A DNA stretch of 64,000 bases, from the NCBI GenBank assembly GCA_973851085.1, contig OZ316776.1, positions 4,774,001 to 4,838,000 on the forward strand, given 5' to 3'. This stretch comes from Ptychomitrium polyphyllum. Taxonomy: Eukaryota. Below the pieces are notes generated by a model. It did not search any database. It had not been told where the DNA came from and was given only the letters and a program-made list of their open reading frames with translations. A program made the translations under genes and the position numbers. The first letter of the stretch is position 1; every line of letters starts with the position of its first letter. Positions 25,758-38,136 of this stretch are shown piece after piece.

Positions 25758-26904
25758 TGTTGCGCACCTCTCTTTGAGGAGTGCCCGCAACACTAAGGGC
25801 ACAAGGAGGACCCCGGAGTGATGTCCGGAACTTGTGGCGCCGATAGTGAAGGGAACCGAGTGGACCTAGCGAAGGAAGGACCCCTAAGGAGGAGAAACAT
25901 CCTTGCCCATGTAGACCGAGGGCCACGAGGGATAGATGGCGGGCATTGGAAGAATCACAAAGAGCTGGTTCTAGAATGATAAAGATTGTCCAAATCGGAT
26001 AAGGGAGCTAAAAGTTATGGCATCCCAAAGTTGGAGTTGCCAAGGGGCTGTTCTGGAGTGTGGCAGCCCCACACAGTGACTGTACTGGACTGGGATAGTC
26101 CAGGGAGGGACTCCCCGGGAGTCCCAAACCTTAAGAGAGGCGTATCTCCCACAATACTAACTCAAATCAGACGTTTGAGGAGTCTATCAGCATCTACGCA
26201 AAGAGTAGATGACGATAGAGTAGTTGCTTGATACATTTGGGCACTGGATGAGGGAGATATGGCTCCCTAAAGTTCCGTTGGGAGTCCCAAAGGCTTCCAG
26301 CGGCTAAGTCCCAAGGGAGATTGGGTGGTCTTCCAAAACTTTAGGTGTGTCGGGGTTCAGCCAGCTACAGAGGGCAAGTGGGCCTGCCAAATCCCACAGA
26401 GAATACTATAAGGGAGGACTGGTCCCCCTCCCCACTCTCCTAGTGTCCCGGTAGAGACCAAGGATGAGTCCCGGTTGGTGGAGCTAGTGTTGAGGCTTCA
26501 CCACGGGGACTCCCATACCATTGTGAATCGGTGGACGGCCGGTTTCACGGAGGGAACTAGCACGTTCAAAAAGGTACGCTTGTTACTACTAAATTGGGGT
26601 GGTGTCTTCACGCCAGCACCATGATGGCCCGGGGTGATCTTAGGATTACATGGACATCATGAGTGGTGGTGAGGAGACACCACTAAGTGCGGTTAAGCCT
26701 TGTGGAATGGGAGTAACACCAAGTGAGGCCTTGGACATGAATGGAAGTCCGCACCTAACTATTGGCTACTAATAAATTGGGTGTTCTAAGAGAAATGGTA
26801 GAAAGACTTGGAAAGTGAGAATGGGGGTTAACCATGTGCATTGTGGGGGTGTACAGGGTTGACGCGCGTGACGCTTGCTAAGGTGCATTACAAGGGTTGC
26901 GACA
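25758..26904. mobile_element. Nested solo LTR C (1147 bp) in the RT-RNase H connection
   Basis: TGTTGCG..GCGACA termini; exact TSD CTTTT at 25753-25757 and 26905-26909; interrupts DAKDAF|QSLK; colinear with 61426-62571. Confidence 0.92.
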
Positions 26905-29454
26905 CTTTTCAAAGTTTGAAGCGAGTTTTTAATACAGCTCCTATTTTGGTTCATTTGGACTTTTCAAAGCAATTTTATCTTGAAACAGATGCTCATAACT
27001 TTGCACTTGGAGTATTTTTGTCACGAACGGGGGAGAAAATGAAACTCCATCTGATTGCATTCCATTCTATAAAATTTTCAGTTACAGAAATCAACTACAA
27101 GATCCAGAACAAAGTAGTCCTTGCAATTGTGGATTCCTTCCTAGAATGGCATCACTTGCTTAAGAGTGCCGCACATCCAGTGATTGTATATATATAGATC
27201 ACAAGAACTCAAAATATTTCATGCCAGTCCGTGTTTTGAATCGCCGCCAAGCTTGTTGGAGTACGTCTCTATCTCAATTTGATTTTACATCACATATCAA
27301 CTCGGAAAACAGCAAGGGTTATCAAATGCTTTGTCAAGGCAATCATATCTTGCGTTAAAAGAGGGAGAAGCAGTACATAATCCACAACAAGCAACTTTGT
27401 TAAAGTCCAAACAATTTTGTATCCATACAACCACCATTTCAACTCCAATGGATTCATCGTTCTTAAACCAGATGCGTGTGGCATCTACTAAAGATCCTCT
27501 TATTCTTGATATCAAGCGTTGTTCCAACAATCTCCCTGAAGATGTGTCTAAGTTCAAATTAGAAGACAACCTTCTCTACTTTAATAAAAGTCTATATATT
27601 CTTAAAAGACCAATTTTCAAACACGTCATGACTTTCTTGCGGCTAGACATTTTGGATTTAACAAAACCTTGAAATTCCTCTCCCGAGACTTTTAGTGGCA
27701 TGAAATGTGGAAGGCCGTTAAGGAATTTTTACGCTGGTGTGATATTTGCTCTAGGTCAAAAAACCCTTGATATGGTCCATATAGACTTCTCCAACCACTA
27801 CCTATTCCAAGGCAACTATGGTCATATATTTCAATGGATTTCATTACAGCTCTTCCACCGTCAAATTCTTTTGATACCATCTTTGTTGTGGTAGACTGGT
27901 TAACCAAGATGGCACATTTTGTACCTTGCAAGAAGACAATTACGGACGAAGAGATTGCCACACTCTTCATGAATAATGTCTATTGTACCATGGATTACCC
28001 GACAATGTTATATCAGATTGTGGACCACAGTTTGTATCAAGATTTTGAAAGTTGCTCTTTGAAATCCTTAACGAGGACATCAAACTTTTTTTTGCCTTCT
28101 ATCCTCAGACCAATCGCCAAACAGAGCAAGTCAACCAGCTCTTAAAGCAATATTTGAGGTGTACCATTAACTATCAACAAGATGATTGGACTTCCTATTT
28201 GACACTAACTAAGTTTGCCCACAACAACACCACTCACGCTTCAACTCAACAAACACCATTCTACTTCAATTATGGACATCATTCAAAAAATAAATATGTT
28301 AGAGCCTCTACAACCTAAAAATCCAACAGCAAATGAATTTGCCAAAAGAATGGCAGAGCTTTAAACAACCATGAAGACTCAATTAAAAGAAGCTCGGGAA
28401 TGATACAAAACGGCAGCAGATACAACAAAGAAGGAACAACCTCCATTCCAAGTTGGTAAGAAGGTGTGGCTCCTTTGACGCAATATAAGGAATAGTATGC
28501 CATGTGACAAGCTGGACTATCGCAAATTAGGACCATTTGCAATTGAAAAACAAGTCAACAACGTGGCATATTGTTTAGAACTACCAACATCAATGAAGGT
28601 ACATCTTGTCTTCCACGTTTTACTTTTGGAGACTTATAAGTAACTAAGTATCCTTGGACAAAGACAGCTGCCACCACCTATAGTTAAAATCGACTATCAT
28701 TATGAATTTGAAGTGGAAGAAGTGTTTAACTCACGGATAAAATGTGGAAAGTTGGAATACTTTGTACATTGTTGCAGATATGACACCAGTGAACTTACAT
28801 GGGAGCCAACTAACAACCTTGCAAATTCACCAGTAAAAGTTTGTACATTCCATCGACAACATCCATCCAAACCAAAAGTAGCAGTAGATGGAACAGTAGC
28901 TCGATAAGGCTACGTAACCTTAAAGGCTTTTGATGCTTGGGCTTTTAAGTAGGAAAAAAAGCAATTTCTAGATCATAAGTTTTCAAAGCCCTAGACATGA
29001 TTTAGCAATTAGTCGTTTGTATTTTGAAGTTTGCCATAGTCTTTTGAGACTAACTTGATATATTAGATATGGACAATTAAAATGCAGATATCATGCCAGT
29101 AGTGTTGATCCAACCAAGTGGCTCTTGTCAACGACCTTGTGATGAAGAGTAAATTGGACCAAGAAGACATCAGAGGATACCTAACAATAGATTGTTGGTA
29201 ATTGTCTTTGAAGTGGAGCCGATTTACGAAAGTAATCCAAAAGTTGTTTTTGAAGGATGCTTCCATAACGGAGATACACTTGATTCCAAATAGAAGGCGT
29301 TGGATCCTATTGGTGGTTACAAGGATGCATAAAGCATTTGAATTGTGAAAGGCAAATGGAATATGTTGCAGATACCATGTGACAAATTTTTTATTTTTTA
29401 CGATTATGAACATTTGTTGCTCTTTGAAGACCTCGGAGCTAGAAAGGGAGGTGA

Positions 29455-29905
29455 TGTCATGGACATACATATTAGAAGCATTTAGAAAGGTTCTTAAAAG
29501 ATTTAAGAAGCTTCCAAGGAAGTTTCATTAATTTAGAAAACTTCCTAGGAAGTTACCTTGGATTTAAAAAACTTCCAAGGAAGTTGCTTTTAGATTAAGA
29601 AACTTTCAAGGAAGTTGCTTTGGCCTAGAAAACTTCCAAGGAAGCAACTCAAAGTTGCTTGAGTACAAAGCAATGTAGGTCAAGCGTCTTAAGAAGCTTT
29701 TGAAGCTTCTAGTTCTAATATATACAGGAGTCAAGGCTGCAGAGCTCTTCAGTCTTGACAACGCATCTCTTGTAGTCTACTTCAGACCTTTTGGCCTTGT
29801 CTTTTGTATCTTGTTGTAGCTCTATACCTCTAATATACGTGAACTTATCTTGTTCCACATTCTGGAATTCTTAAGCCTTATCTTGTAGTTATTTTGTCTG
29901 TAATA
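29455..29905 (+). repeat. 3' LTR (451 bp) of the Gypsy element
   Basis: TG..TA(CA mutated); lacks one ~30-bp repeat unit relative to the 5' LTR; follows the PPT. Confidence 0.92.
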
Positions 29906-31860
29906 CTTTAATAGTTTATTGTAAGTAGGATTGATTTTCACGAGATTTAAGAGATTATGGTTGAATTGTTCTTAATCATATATTAGAAAAATCACGGTAC
30001 CAACTTTTCTTACACTAATTTGTTTCACTTTGAAGGAAGGGACAAGACTTTTATTAAAACTCGTGTAAAAGATCAAAAAAGGATTTTTATTGAAACACAA
30101 GCAAAAGTTGACTACAATTTTGTTTAAATATTCATCTATAAAAAGAAATAAAATATAGGTGACAAAGAAATTTGTTATAAGTAGCCAAATTAATATTGTT
30201 CAAAACTATAAGGCACAAAAAATAGGGATTTTTTAGTATTTATTATTATCAAAGACTCTCAACTCATTTAAAAAGCACACTAAATCAATAAATTCTAAAT
30301 TCCATGTTGATAAACCAATAATGACTTTGAATGTTTTGATTGTGGTAAGTGTGTCCAAAGTAGTTTCAAGGTAATAATATATTAATAAAAGAAACAAATT
30401 TGTAATAAAATCGTATATATATATTTATAATTACAAAAATACAAAAATAATGAAAATATGTCTATAAAATTTATAATAAAACTATTGCAAAAAATAACAT
30501 CATTTTAAAAAATTATAATTTTTTTTAAGTAAAAGGTATTTTATGCTTGCAACAAATACTCGATTGCAAATTTTACATTTTATAAGAGAATGTTTTTTTA
30601 TTAAGTTTCAACCAATGTAAAGAATATATTTTCCATTTTCACATGTTTGTATGTAAGAGATTATTTTGACTACTTACCATCATTTTGCTAGATAGAATTA
30701 TGTTTATTGTGTACATGAATATTGCTAAAAACATCATAAACAGAGATAAGATGTAAATTTAGTTATACAGTACATTAAGATTTTGAATGGATGATAGGAT
30801 TTGGTATGAAACTTCTTTTATTTCAACTTTAGATACAACAATCACTAAAAATTCAACTTCCAAAAAGGATTTGTTATAATTTAGTTTTTTTATTATCAAA
30901 ATATTTAAAGAAATTATTTTTACCAAGTTTTAAAGTTTATGATTGAATACTTATGGAAGACAAATTCATAATAAAAGTGTCTATTTAAATAATTTTATAA
31001 AATTCAATCAAACCATATAACTATTAATTGGTATTTTATAAAACAAAATGATATGGTTAATTACCAAGAATAAAAAATCATAGAATTTCAGTTCTTTCAA
31101 GGATACCAAATACTTTCTTCAAACTTATCAATATTATTGGTCTTGCCTTTTCTTTTGCAAAAAACATGTTTAAAAAGAATATTCTTTCATTTTATTGAAT
31201 TTAGGCATCTTTAACCAATTTATCACTAAATTTAGACTTTTAGTAAATTTTACCCTCAAATTCATAAAGAAATATTTTTATACTTATGCTAATATGGATT
31301 TGAATTTTGGACATTGTTGTTGTCAGTTGAATGGTGACAATGTTCACAATTTGATGCAATATTTCCATTAAAATGGAGAAATCATATTAAGAATTTGGAA
31401 ATAAAAAATCTAATAAAAAATTCAAATTTAGTAAAAACCTAAGTATATGATTTGGTTGAATTCTATCAAAATTGTGACTCTATGACATTAGTCCAAGAAT
31501 ATGTCTTCATTGCTTGGTAGGTTAACATTCTAAAACACTTCCTGAATACATGAAATAGCTAAAATTCTTAAATCTATTATAACAATCTTTTCAAATTTTG
31601 TAATGAGCATATAAAATGTGACCTTGTATCATTGTAAGCTCAATTTCAAAAACCACATTTAACATTAATATCTAAGTCAGACAATAATATAGTTTTGCAT
31701 ATTTTAAAGCACTAGACTCAGATCTGCTGCCAAAGGGAAATGAAAATGAACACCAAAATGCAGGTCAAATTGGAACTATGGAAAGTACGTCTTCATGTGT
31801 TACTTAGAGAATAATCATACAATCAATGTAAATCTAAAATTTGAAACTTGAGCATGTGCT

Positions 31861-31915
31861 ACTAAAATCTCACTAAAATCTCACTAAAATCTCACTAAAA
31901 TCTCACTAAAATCTC
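31861..31915. repeat. 11-bp minisatellite (ACTAAAATCTC)x5
   Basis: Five perfect consecutive units, about 470 bp upstream of the Orai start codon. Confidence 0.95.
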
Positions 31916-32207
31916 AGATCTCCTGGCTTTCCCGTATTGTACTTTACATGGAGAACAAAACAAAGCTATGTCAAGTGCAACCATGTCCACCACGCACTCA
32001 CATAAAGCAGGCATTCCAACACTGGAAAATCCTCTGAGGTCAACCCGGTCACCACAAAACCCACACCTTCTCAACGCCGGGTAGGTTCTCATGGGCTTGG
32101 GCGTGCGGCCACGGGCATGGGCATTGGGAGGGCATTAAGGGGGCATGTGCATGGGCGTGGGCATGGGGGAGACGAAGGGCAGGATGCGAGAGGAGACTCA
32201 CAGTGCA

Positions 32208-32246
32208 GGCGATGGCGATGGCGATGGCGATGGCGATGGCGATGGC
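32208..32246. repeat. (GGCGAT)x6 microsatellite upstream of the Orai ORF
   Basis: Directly visible; a (GAGGCA)x4 run follows just before the ATG at 32388. Confidence 0.9.
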
Positions 32247-32387
32247 TTTGGCGTTGGAGCGATTGCCACAATCACGTCATGAGCTCTGGCTGCGGTGTCC
32301 ATGCTGTGAGCTGCACCGTGTGGCTTGCAGGAGCTGCAGAACACAGAATTGATGTGAGGCAGAGGCAGAGGCAGAGGCAGAGGAGAG

Positions 32388-34886
32388 ATGGACAGCATAG
32401 CCAAGGCGCAGGCGGTGATGACGGCGTGGGATTCCAGCATGAGCCAGGCTCGGCGTGAGGAGGAGCGCTCCTGGCATCTCTACTCGACCGCTTGCCATGA
32501 GGAGGACGTCGGTTACATGGAGGAGGAGAGGGCGCACTTAGAGCATCTCACTGCCCTGCGCGATCTCAAGGACAAGTGAGTAGCCTCTGTGCTTGTGCTT
32601 GTGCTTGTGCTTGTTCTTCTTCTCGTTCTCGTCCTAGTTCTAGACCTTGGCGAGGTTTAATTGGAGTGAAGTAATTTGCACTGGGATTCCTCACATGTGA
32701 GAGAACAAGTGATGGGACTCGAGCAGAGCCTGGGCATGCAGCTTTGGTTTCAATTTTATATTTTCTTTTTAGTTTGATTTGGCTTTGATGGGGTCTGTAC
32801 TGCTCAGGTGGAGAGAAGAGGACATGCAGCAGCGGAATGTCGAAAACGCGCGGGCTCTTTGGCTCAGGTGAGGACAGAGTTGCACCGTCACAATTTCTAT
32901 TCGGCCAGTCTTTGTGGGCAATGCCTTTCCTTGCTCGAGATTTGGTCATGTCGAGTTTTTAATAGGGTCTAGGGTTTCATTTTACGTTGTGCGTGGATTT
33001 GGCGATGTAGAAGCAACCAGAATTTGAGGTGTCTTTATGTGAGTTGGTACGTTTTTGTTCGTATTTGGTCGATTGACTGTACGTGGATTACCATAGGACT
33101 AAGTTCATATGAGTGCAGGGACTTGGAATAATGTATTGTTTGTGGAATTTTTGGTTTATTTCTATGGCCCAGGTTCTGATTGTCGGTTTTCTTATAGCCT
33201 TACTTTTCATGAGCAGATTTGTTGAAAGAAATAGGAGGGACGTAGAGGAGAAGTCAGATCAGCTGAAAGCAATCTCTAATTTGGCAGCTTTATTCTGCGG
33301 ATTTGCAACCGTCACTTTGACACAGTTTATTGTGCAGCCTGTATATAGCTGGGTGAGTCTTTCTAAATTCGTTTTCTTCTTTATGGTGTGCATCAGATGC
33401 TATCTAATGTCAGAATGACCATGTCTCATTTGTAATTCTTACTTAAATGTGGCTCTCAAAAGGCCACTTGGTATAGCTAGTTCCAAAGTGAGTATGTTGA
33501 CTGACAAATGATTGCCATGTTAACAGGTGTTGGTGGGTTTCTATGGGGTTCTCACTGCTCTTGTTGTAAGTCTGCTTACTTTTCATACCTGCAAGGAGCA
33601 TCAGTTTGCTCAAGATATTTATGGAGAAAAGTTCATCGTCATTTATGGGCACTGAGATGGACCTAAATCATTGTCTGGTTTACAGGAAGGCTTAATGGTC
33701 ATATCCATGGTGACATGCACTCTCATCTTGGGGAGCATTGTAAGGATGGGAAAGCTCTATGTGAACGAGGTCGCCGAAGAAGAGTTTATGTTTCAATGTC
33801 GTGACTTTTGCTTGCATTTCCAGCTCGGGGATCGCCCTCCATGTCCTAAACGCACACTGGAGGCTTTTTGGGAGTTGAGGTAATTGAAAACAACTCGGTG
33901 CAGTTTAAACTTTGAACTACTTTCACGTACTTTGAACTTGCCGTGGTTGCAACCGCTAGCTTGACATGCATTACTGATGGTTGCGTGGTCCCTGGGCAGG
34001 TGTGAAAAGAGCTGGCAGCGAGCCTTTTTATGCTTCTCCTTTGGTATATCACTTTCTGCAAGTCTCCTTTCTAGATACTGTCCAGGCATCCTGAAAGTTA
34101 CGTCTCTTTTTGTTAGTTTTATGTAGGCCCTTCCATTCAATTCGTAGACTGAGATGGAATTGTTAAACTTGAGTAGCAGGAAGAATGTTTCAGATATCCC
34201 TCATTTCGGAACCTCATACTCCGTTTACATTTTCGTTTGTCTTTGCAGGTGTGTCTGCCTTTGTGTGCAGTCTTATTGTTGTTGGGTGAGTACCTCCTTC
34301 CGCAGCGGTCATTTACAAATATTATCGAAATTAAGAGAAAGGATATACAAATTTCTCCATTTTGTTGTAGGCACATTCGCGTCCATCTCTTATGACTTGC
34401 ATCGCTAAAGGCATAATTCGTGTGCATTTCGTTTATTGACTGCAGGTGGGTGAAGTTTGCATCAAAATCTGTGGTGACTGCGGGGCTTTTCACTTTTGTC
34501 TCCTGCGTTTCTGTTGTTATCTGGTGAGTGAGACAAACCTCCTAAATCAGTGTAAAGATATTATTCTGACCCATCTTGGGTATATTCCTGCTTGCTGGGT
34601 GACTCTGGTACAACGTTTGACTTGGAGGCACACATATCACCTTATTGTGGTTTATAGCTGCTGATTAAAGTCCGAGTACCTGATTTTGCAATGTCCTGAA
34701 ATCGTTCTGTCAACCCCTAACTACTTCCTATATTACAGGATGGCTATTCAGTACTCATGGGGCTCCTACACACGGAAAAGACGAGCGGGACGAGACCAAT
34801 CAGTTCGAAGTGGAAATCCTGACGGACTTCCTTTTGATTGGTATCTTGCCCCTGACTTTAGGCAAAGTAATCTGACGACTTTGTAG
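32388..34886 (+). CDS. ORAI: Orai (CRAC channel) family four-TM membrane protein, 8 exons
   Basis: Exons 32388-32575, 33217-33352, 33527-33565, 33686-33879, 34000-34043, 34249-34285, 34446-34523, 34739-34886 join in frame with GT-AG introns. TM1 QLKAISNLAALFCGFATVTLTQF aligns to Orai1 [23 protein letters not shown]; TM3 ends in the conserved WVKF. Confidence 0.85.
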
Positions 34887-35171
34887 CTTTTATATCGAGA
34901 TCCCTTAAAGGTATCTCTATGATGCATTCGTAGCTGTTGATTCTTGGAGGCTATGAGGCTTCCATGTACAGTGTAATTCAGTCAGAGCAATATGCTCTTT
35001 TTTCAACTTATCTTCATCGTTCACGCTGCATGTATTATATTCTGAGTACAGGTTGCGGATGGCTGCGGTTGAAGAGGCAAGATGTTGTGTAGATCTTCAT
35101 GGTTCTGAAGAGATGTTTGAAACTGACCTATGATAAGCTTGTAGTCTGTTTACGTTTCTGGGCTGTCAAAG

Positions 35172-38136
35172 CTATAGTTCGCATGATGACCTGTTAGAAG
35201 TTGTGTCTTGGGTCAACAACCTTGATTGGATATCTTCAAGCTTTTGTACGACTTCACTGATTGGTGGCCGCAGTGACGGTGATGATGCGCAGCAACCCAT
35301 TGCTAATCTCAGTGCCTGCACAGACAATTGGAGATCGGAAACCAATTGTGTCCTGGCAACATGGTGTCCTTATTACCTATGTTGCAAGGCCATGACCGAA
35401 TCGACTGAGAAGAGCTATGGTAGTTGGAACAATAGATTCTGTGAACAATTCAACAGCGTGCCTAAGTTCTCTACTTCAGGTAAATATGAGGAAAGTCAAT
35501 GCACTGCAGTAAATTGCTTGAAATCAATATCGAGTTTGAATTTGCGTTTACTCTTAATGTACTATCTTTGATTGATATGAGTAACTTACCTCGAGCAGTC
35601 CATCCTCTGTTGGCATACACATGTCTGATCTCAGCAGCTCGAGATCTAGCACATCACACAGTCTCTCTTCTACAATGGCAGCCTTCACAAGCTCCTGTAG
35701 AACAACGACCGTATCGCTGCCTGATTCCTTTCTTGGTTTTTTACCCGTTAGAATTTCAAGGAGGACGATGCCATAGCTGAAGACATCAATTTGGGTAGAA
35801 ATTTTCTTTGCCTTCCTTAATTCGGGGGCTTTGTACCTGGGGAACACTTCAGGCGTCAGTTTCTCTTCTGGACATTAGTAACAATCTGGGTATTTATGAA
35901 CAGCCACTAAGCATTCTAAATTGTTGTAAGCTTTTTGGAGTTGGATCCTTTATGAGATTATTAAAAATTTAGTTGGCATAGAAACGAGTTTGGGTTCAAG
36001 TCAGTTGGATTTGTTTGTGTACCCCTCATCGGTTGCGTCAAAGATGATGCTATTGGCTGCTGCTGGAGTTACAAGGAGATGAAATCCGTAACCTGTCAAA
36101 CGTGCATTGTAATGTCCATCTACTAGAATATTCGAAGCCTTTAGATTCGCATGCACAAGTGGAACTGATGCCTCAAGGTGCAAGTGAGCGAGTCCGTAGG
36201 CTATTCCGAGAGCAAGATTGTGTCTCTGTTGCCAGTTTAAGGTACATTCTTCTGCAACAATGGCCATCGTCCAACACTTGAATTAGAACAGCCGGCGTTT
36301 AAATTTCTGCGTTGTTGTGTGTCAGTGCTTACTTAATTGATATTCTGATGGAACTTTCAGGCTATCAGCAAGACGAGTATGGGTATGGTACGTTAAATTT
36401 ACCGTGAATGATATCAGCAAGGGTTTTCCCAATGACGTGATCATATATGAGCAGTTTCTCATTTTTACGGCTCAAGTAATAAGCTCGCAATGGGACAAGG
36501 TTAGAATGATTGATGACCACCAACCGTAGGACTCCTTGCAAAAACTCAGGTTCATCTCTGGTGATGTCTTCTTTAAACAAGCTGAGAGACAGCATGTGCT
36601 TGTTGGGCAACCAAGCTCGGTAGTTTTTGCCATAGTTCGTCTCCTCCAACAACTATGTCAACAGGTTGAAACATAAACCATGTAAGTGCTCCACGCACAG
36701 CTTAGATCAGTCGCCTGTTAGGCAAGAGTTCTATTTCAAATTCCATAAATTCAAGAAGTTTGTTTGCCAAATCATTCACCACTGAATTACTGCACTACGC
36801 ACATCATCTTGTTTTATTTCCTTTTTAACAATTTTAGGCTGCGACTAAGTGCATAATCCATGGAGTTTCTTACCTCACTGGCAGATTTCAAAACGACCTC
36901 TTCCGTCAGGGGTCCCCCGCCACCCTCGTAGAACTGCACCAGCATCCCTTGCGGAAACTTAGCCTCCTCGTTAACCGCTTTTGTCCTAGGAAGTAGGTGC
37001 ATTTTCTTCAGCAACAATTTGAACATCGACAATGTGGTCAAATGAAATATAGCATAAAAAAATAGCACGATGCACACAGCTACGGCGGTGATGAGCAGAA
37101 TGATGGCATTTGGGTTCATTCCTTGTCTATGATGCAGGTGCGTTGTCAACGTCGTTAGGGGACGATGACATGGCGTCGGCAATGGAGGTCCACACAGCCA
37201 TGGCGAGTTCCCCTCGAATACCCTGGGGTCGAACGATTCTTGGAAAGGAGGAATAGGGCCCATGAGATGGTTTCCTGCAATGCTGAATCCATTGTCAAGT
37301 TTCGTGCTCAAATTCCTTAGATTTGCGAAGCTCACAGGTATGACATACGTAAACTTGTTGTAACTCAGATCAAGCCAGGATAGGTTTGCAAAGTTTCCAA
37401 TGAACGGTGGGATGGACCCAGAGAGCTCGTTATTGGCAAGCGTTAGGCTCACGAGCTGAGAGCATGTTGTGCCCGAGCCGCCCAGAGGCTCCGGGATGGA
37501 ACCGCTGAGATTGTTGCCATGCAGCAGCAACGTGGTGAGCCTTGTGTTCCGGCAGAGATTCCACATGGACGCTGGGATGGGCCCTGTGAGGTGGTTCTGT
37601 TCGAGAGAGACGACCGTGAGGCTTGGGCTGTTGCCAAGCTCCTCGGGTACAGAGCCCGTGAGCTTGTTGTTTCCCAGGACCAGCTCTTTGAGCTCATAAA
37701 GCTGGGCGATGACAGGGCTGAGACTCCCGCTGAGGCCAACAGCAGGCAGAGCCAAGCTCGTTGCCACTACGCCCAAGTCGGTTGCGTAAGTGAAAACGAG
37801 AGTGTAGGACTCCCACTGGCAATTGAAGGGGAGGCTCCCCTCGTGTGACCAGGCCACTCCTCTCCATGCGCAGAGTGGTGTGCTGGTGTTCCAAGTGCTG
37901 AGTGCGGGGTTGGTTGGGCTGTCCAGAGCTTCTTTCAGTGCGAGGAGAGTGATAACGTCTGGTGCGAAAGGAGCAGCCAGTCGTGAAAGCTGAAGCCGCT
38001 CATACGGTGATGCTCTCATGTAACTGGAAGATGAAACGTAGATCATCGAAATGAAATTGTAGAAAGCCAGAGCTTGTAAAGGCAGGTGCCTATATCTAGA
38101 ACTGCCCATTTTGCAATGTTCGAAAGTATATCTCAT
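35172..38136 (-). CDS. TMKL1: LRR receptor-like pseudokinase, TMKL1-like, 5 exons
   Basis: Exons 38136(or 38109)-36874, 36652-36403, 36251-36023, 35836-35590, 35315-35172. LSTWNTSTPLCAWRGVAW cap, plant LRRs, PASMWNLC, FEGNSPWLCG, one TM helix; kinase domain has HAN instead of HRD and GYG instead of DFG. Confidence 0.87.

Larger units (their letters stand above)
21044..28907 (+). pseudogene. Disrupted gag-pol of the chromovirus
   Basis: gag (KEPRISLPEKFD, degenerate zinc knuckle LYCENFGH), protease LIDSGA near 22210, RT ([33 protein letters not shown]), RNase H (LETDAHNFALG), integrase ([33 protein letters not shown]), chromodomain (FEVEEVFNSR..LEYFVH..TWEP). Many stops and frameshifts. Confidence 0.92.
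20346..29905 (+). mobile_element. Decayed full-length Ty3/Gypsy chromovirus LTR retrotransposon with three nested solo LTRs
   Basis: LTR pair 20346-20826 and 29455-29905; 5-bp TSD CTTTA at 20341-20345 and 29906-29910; polypurine tract AGAAAGGGAGG before the 3' LTR; domain order gag-PR-RT-RH-IN-chromodomain. Confidence 0.95.
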
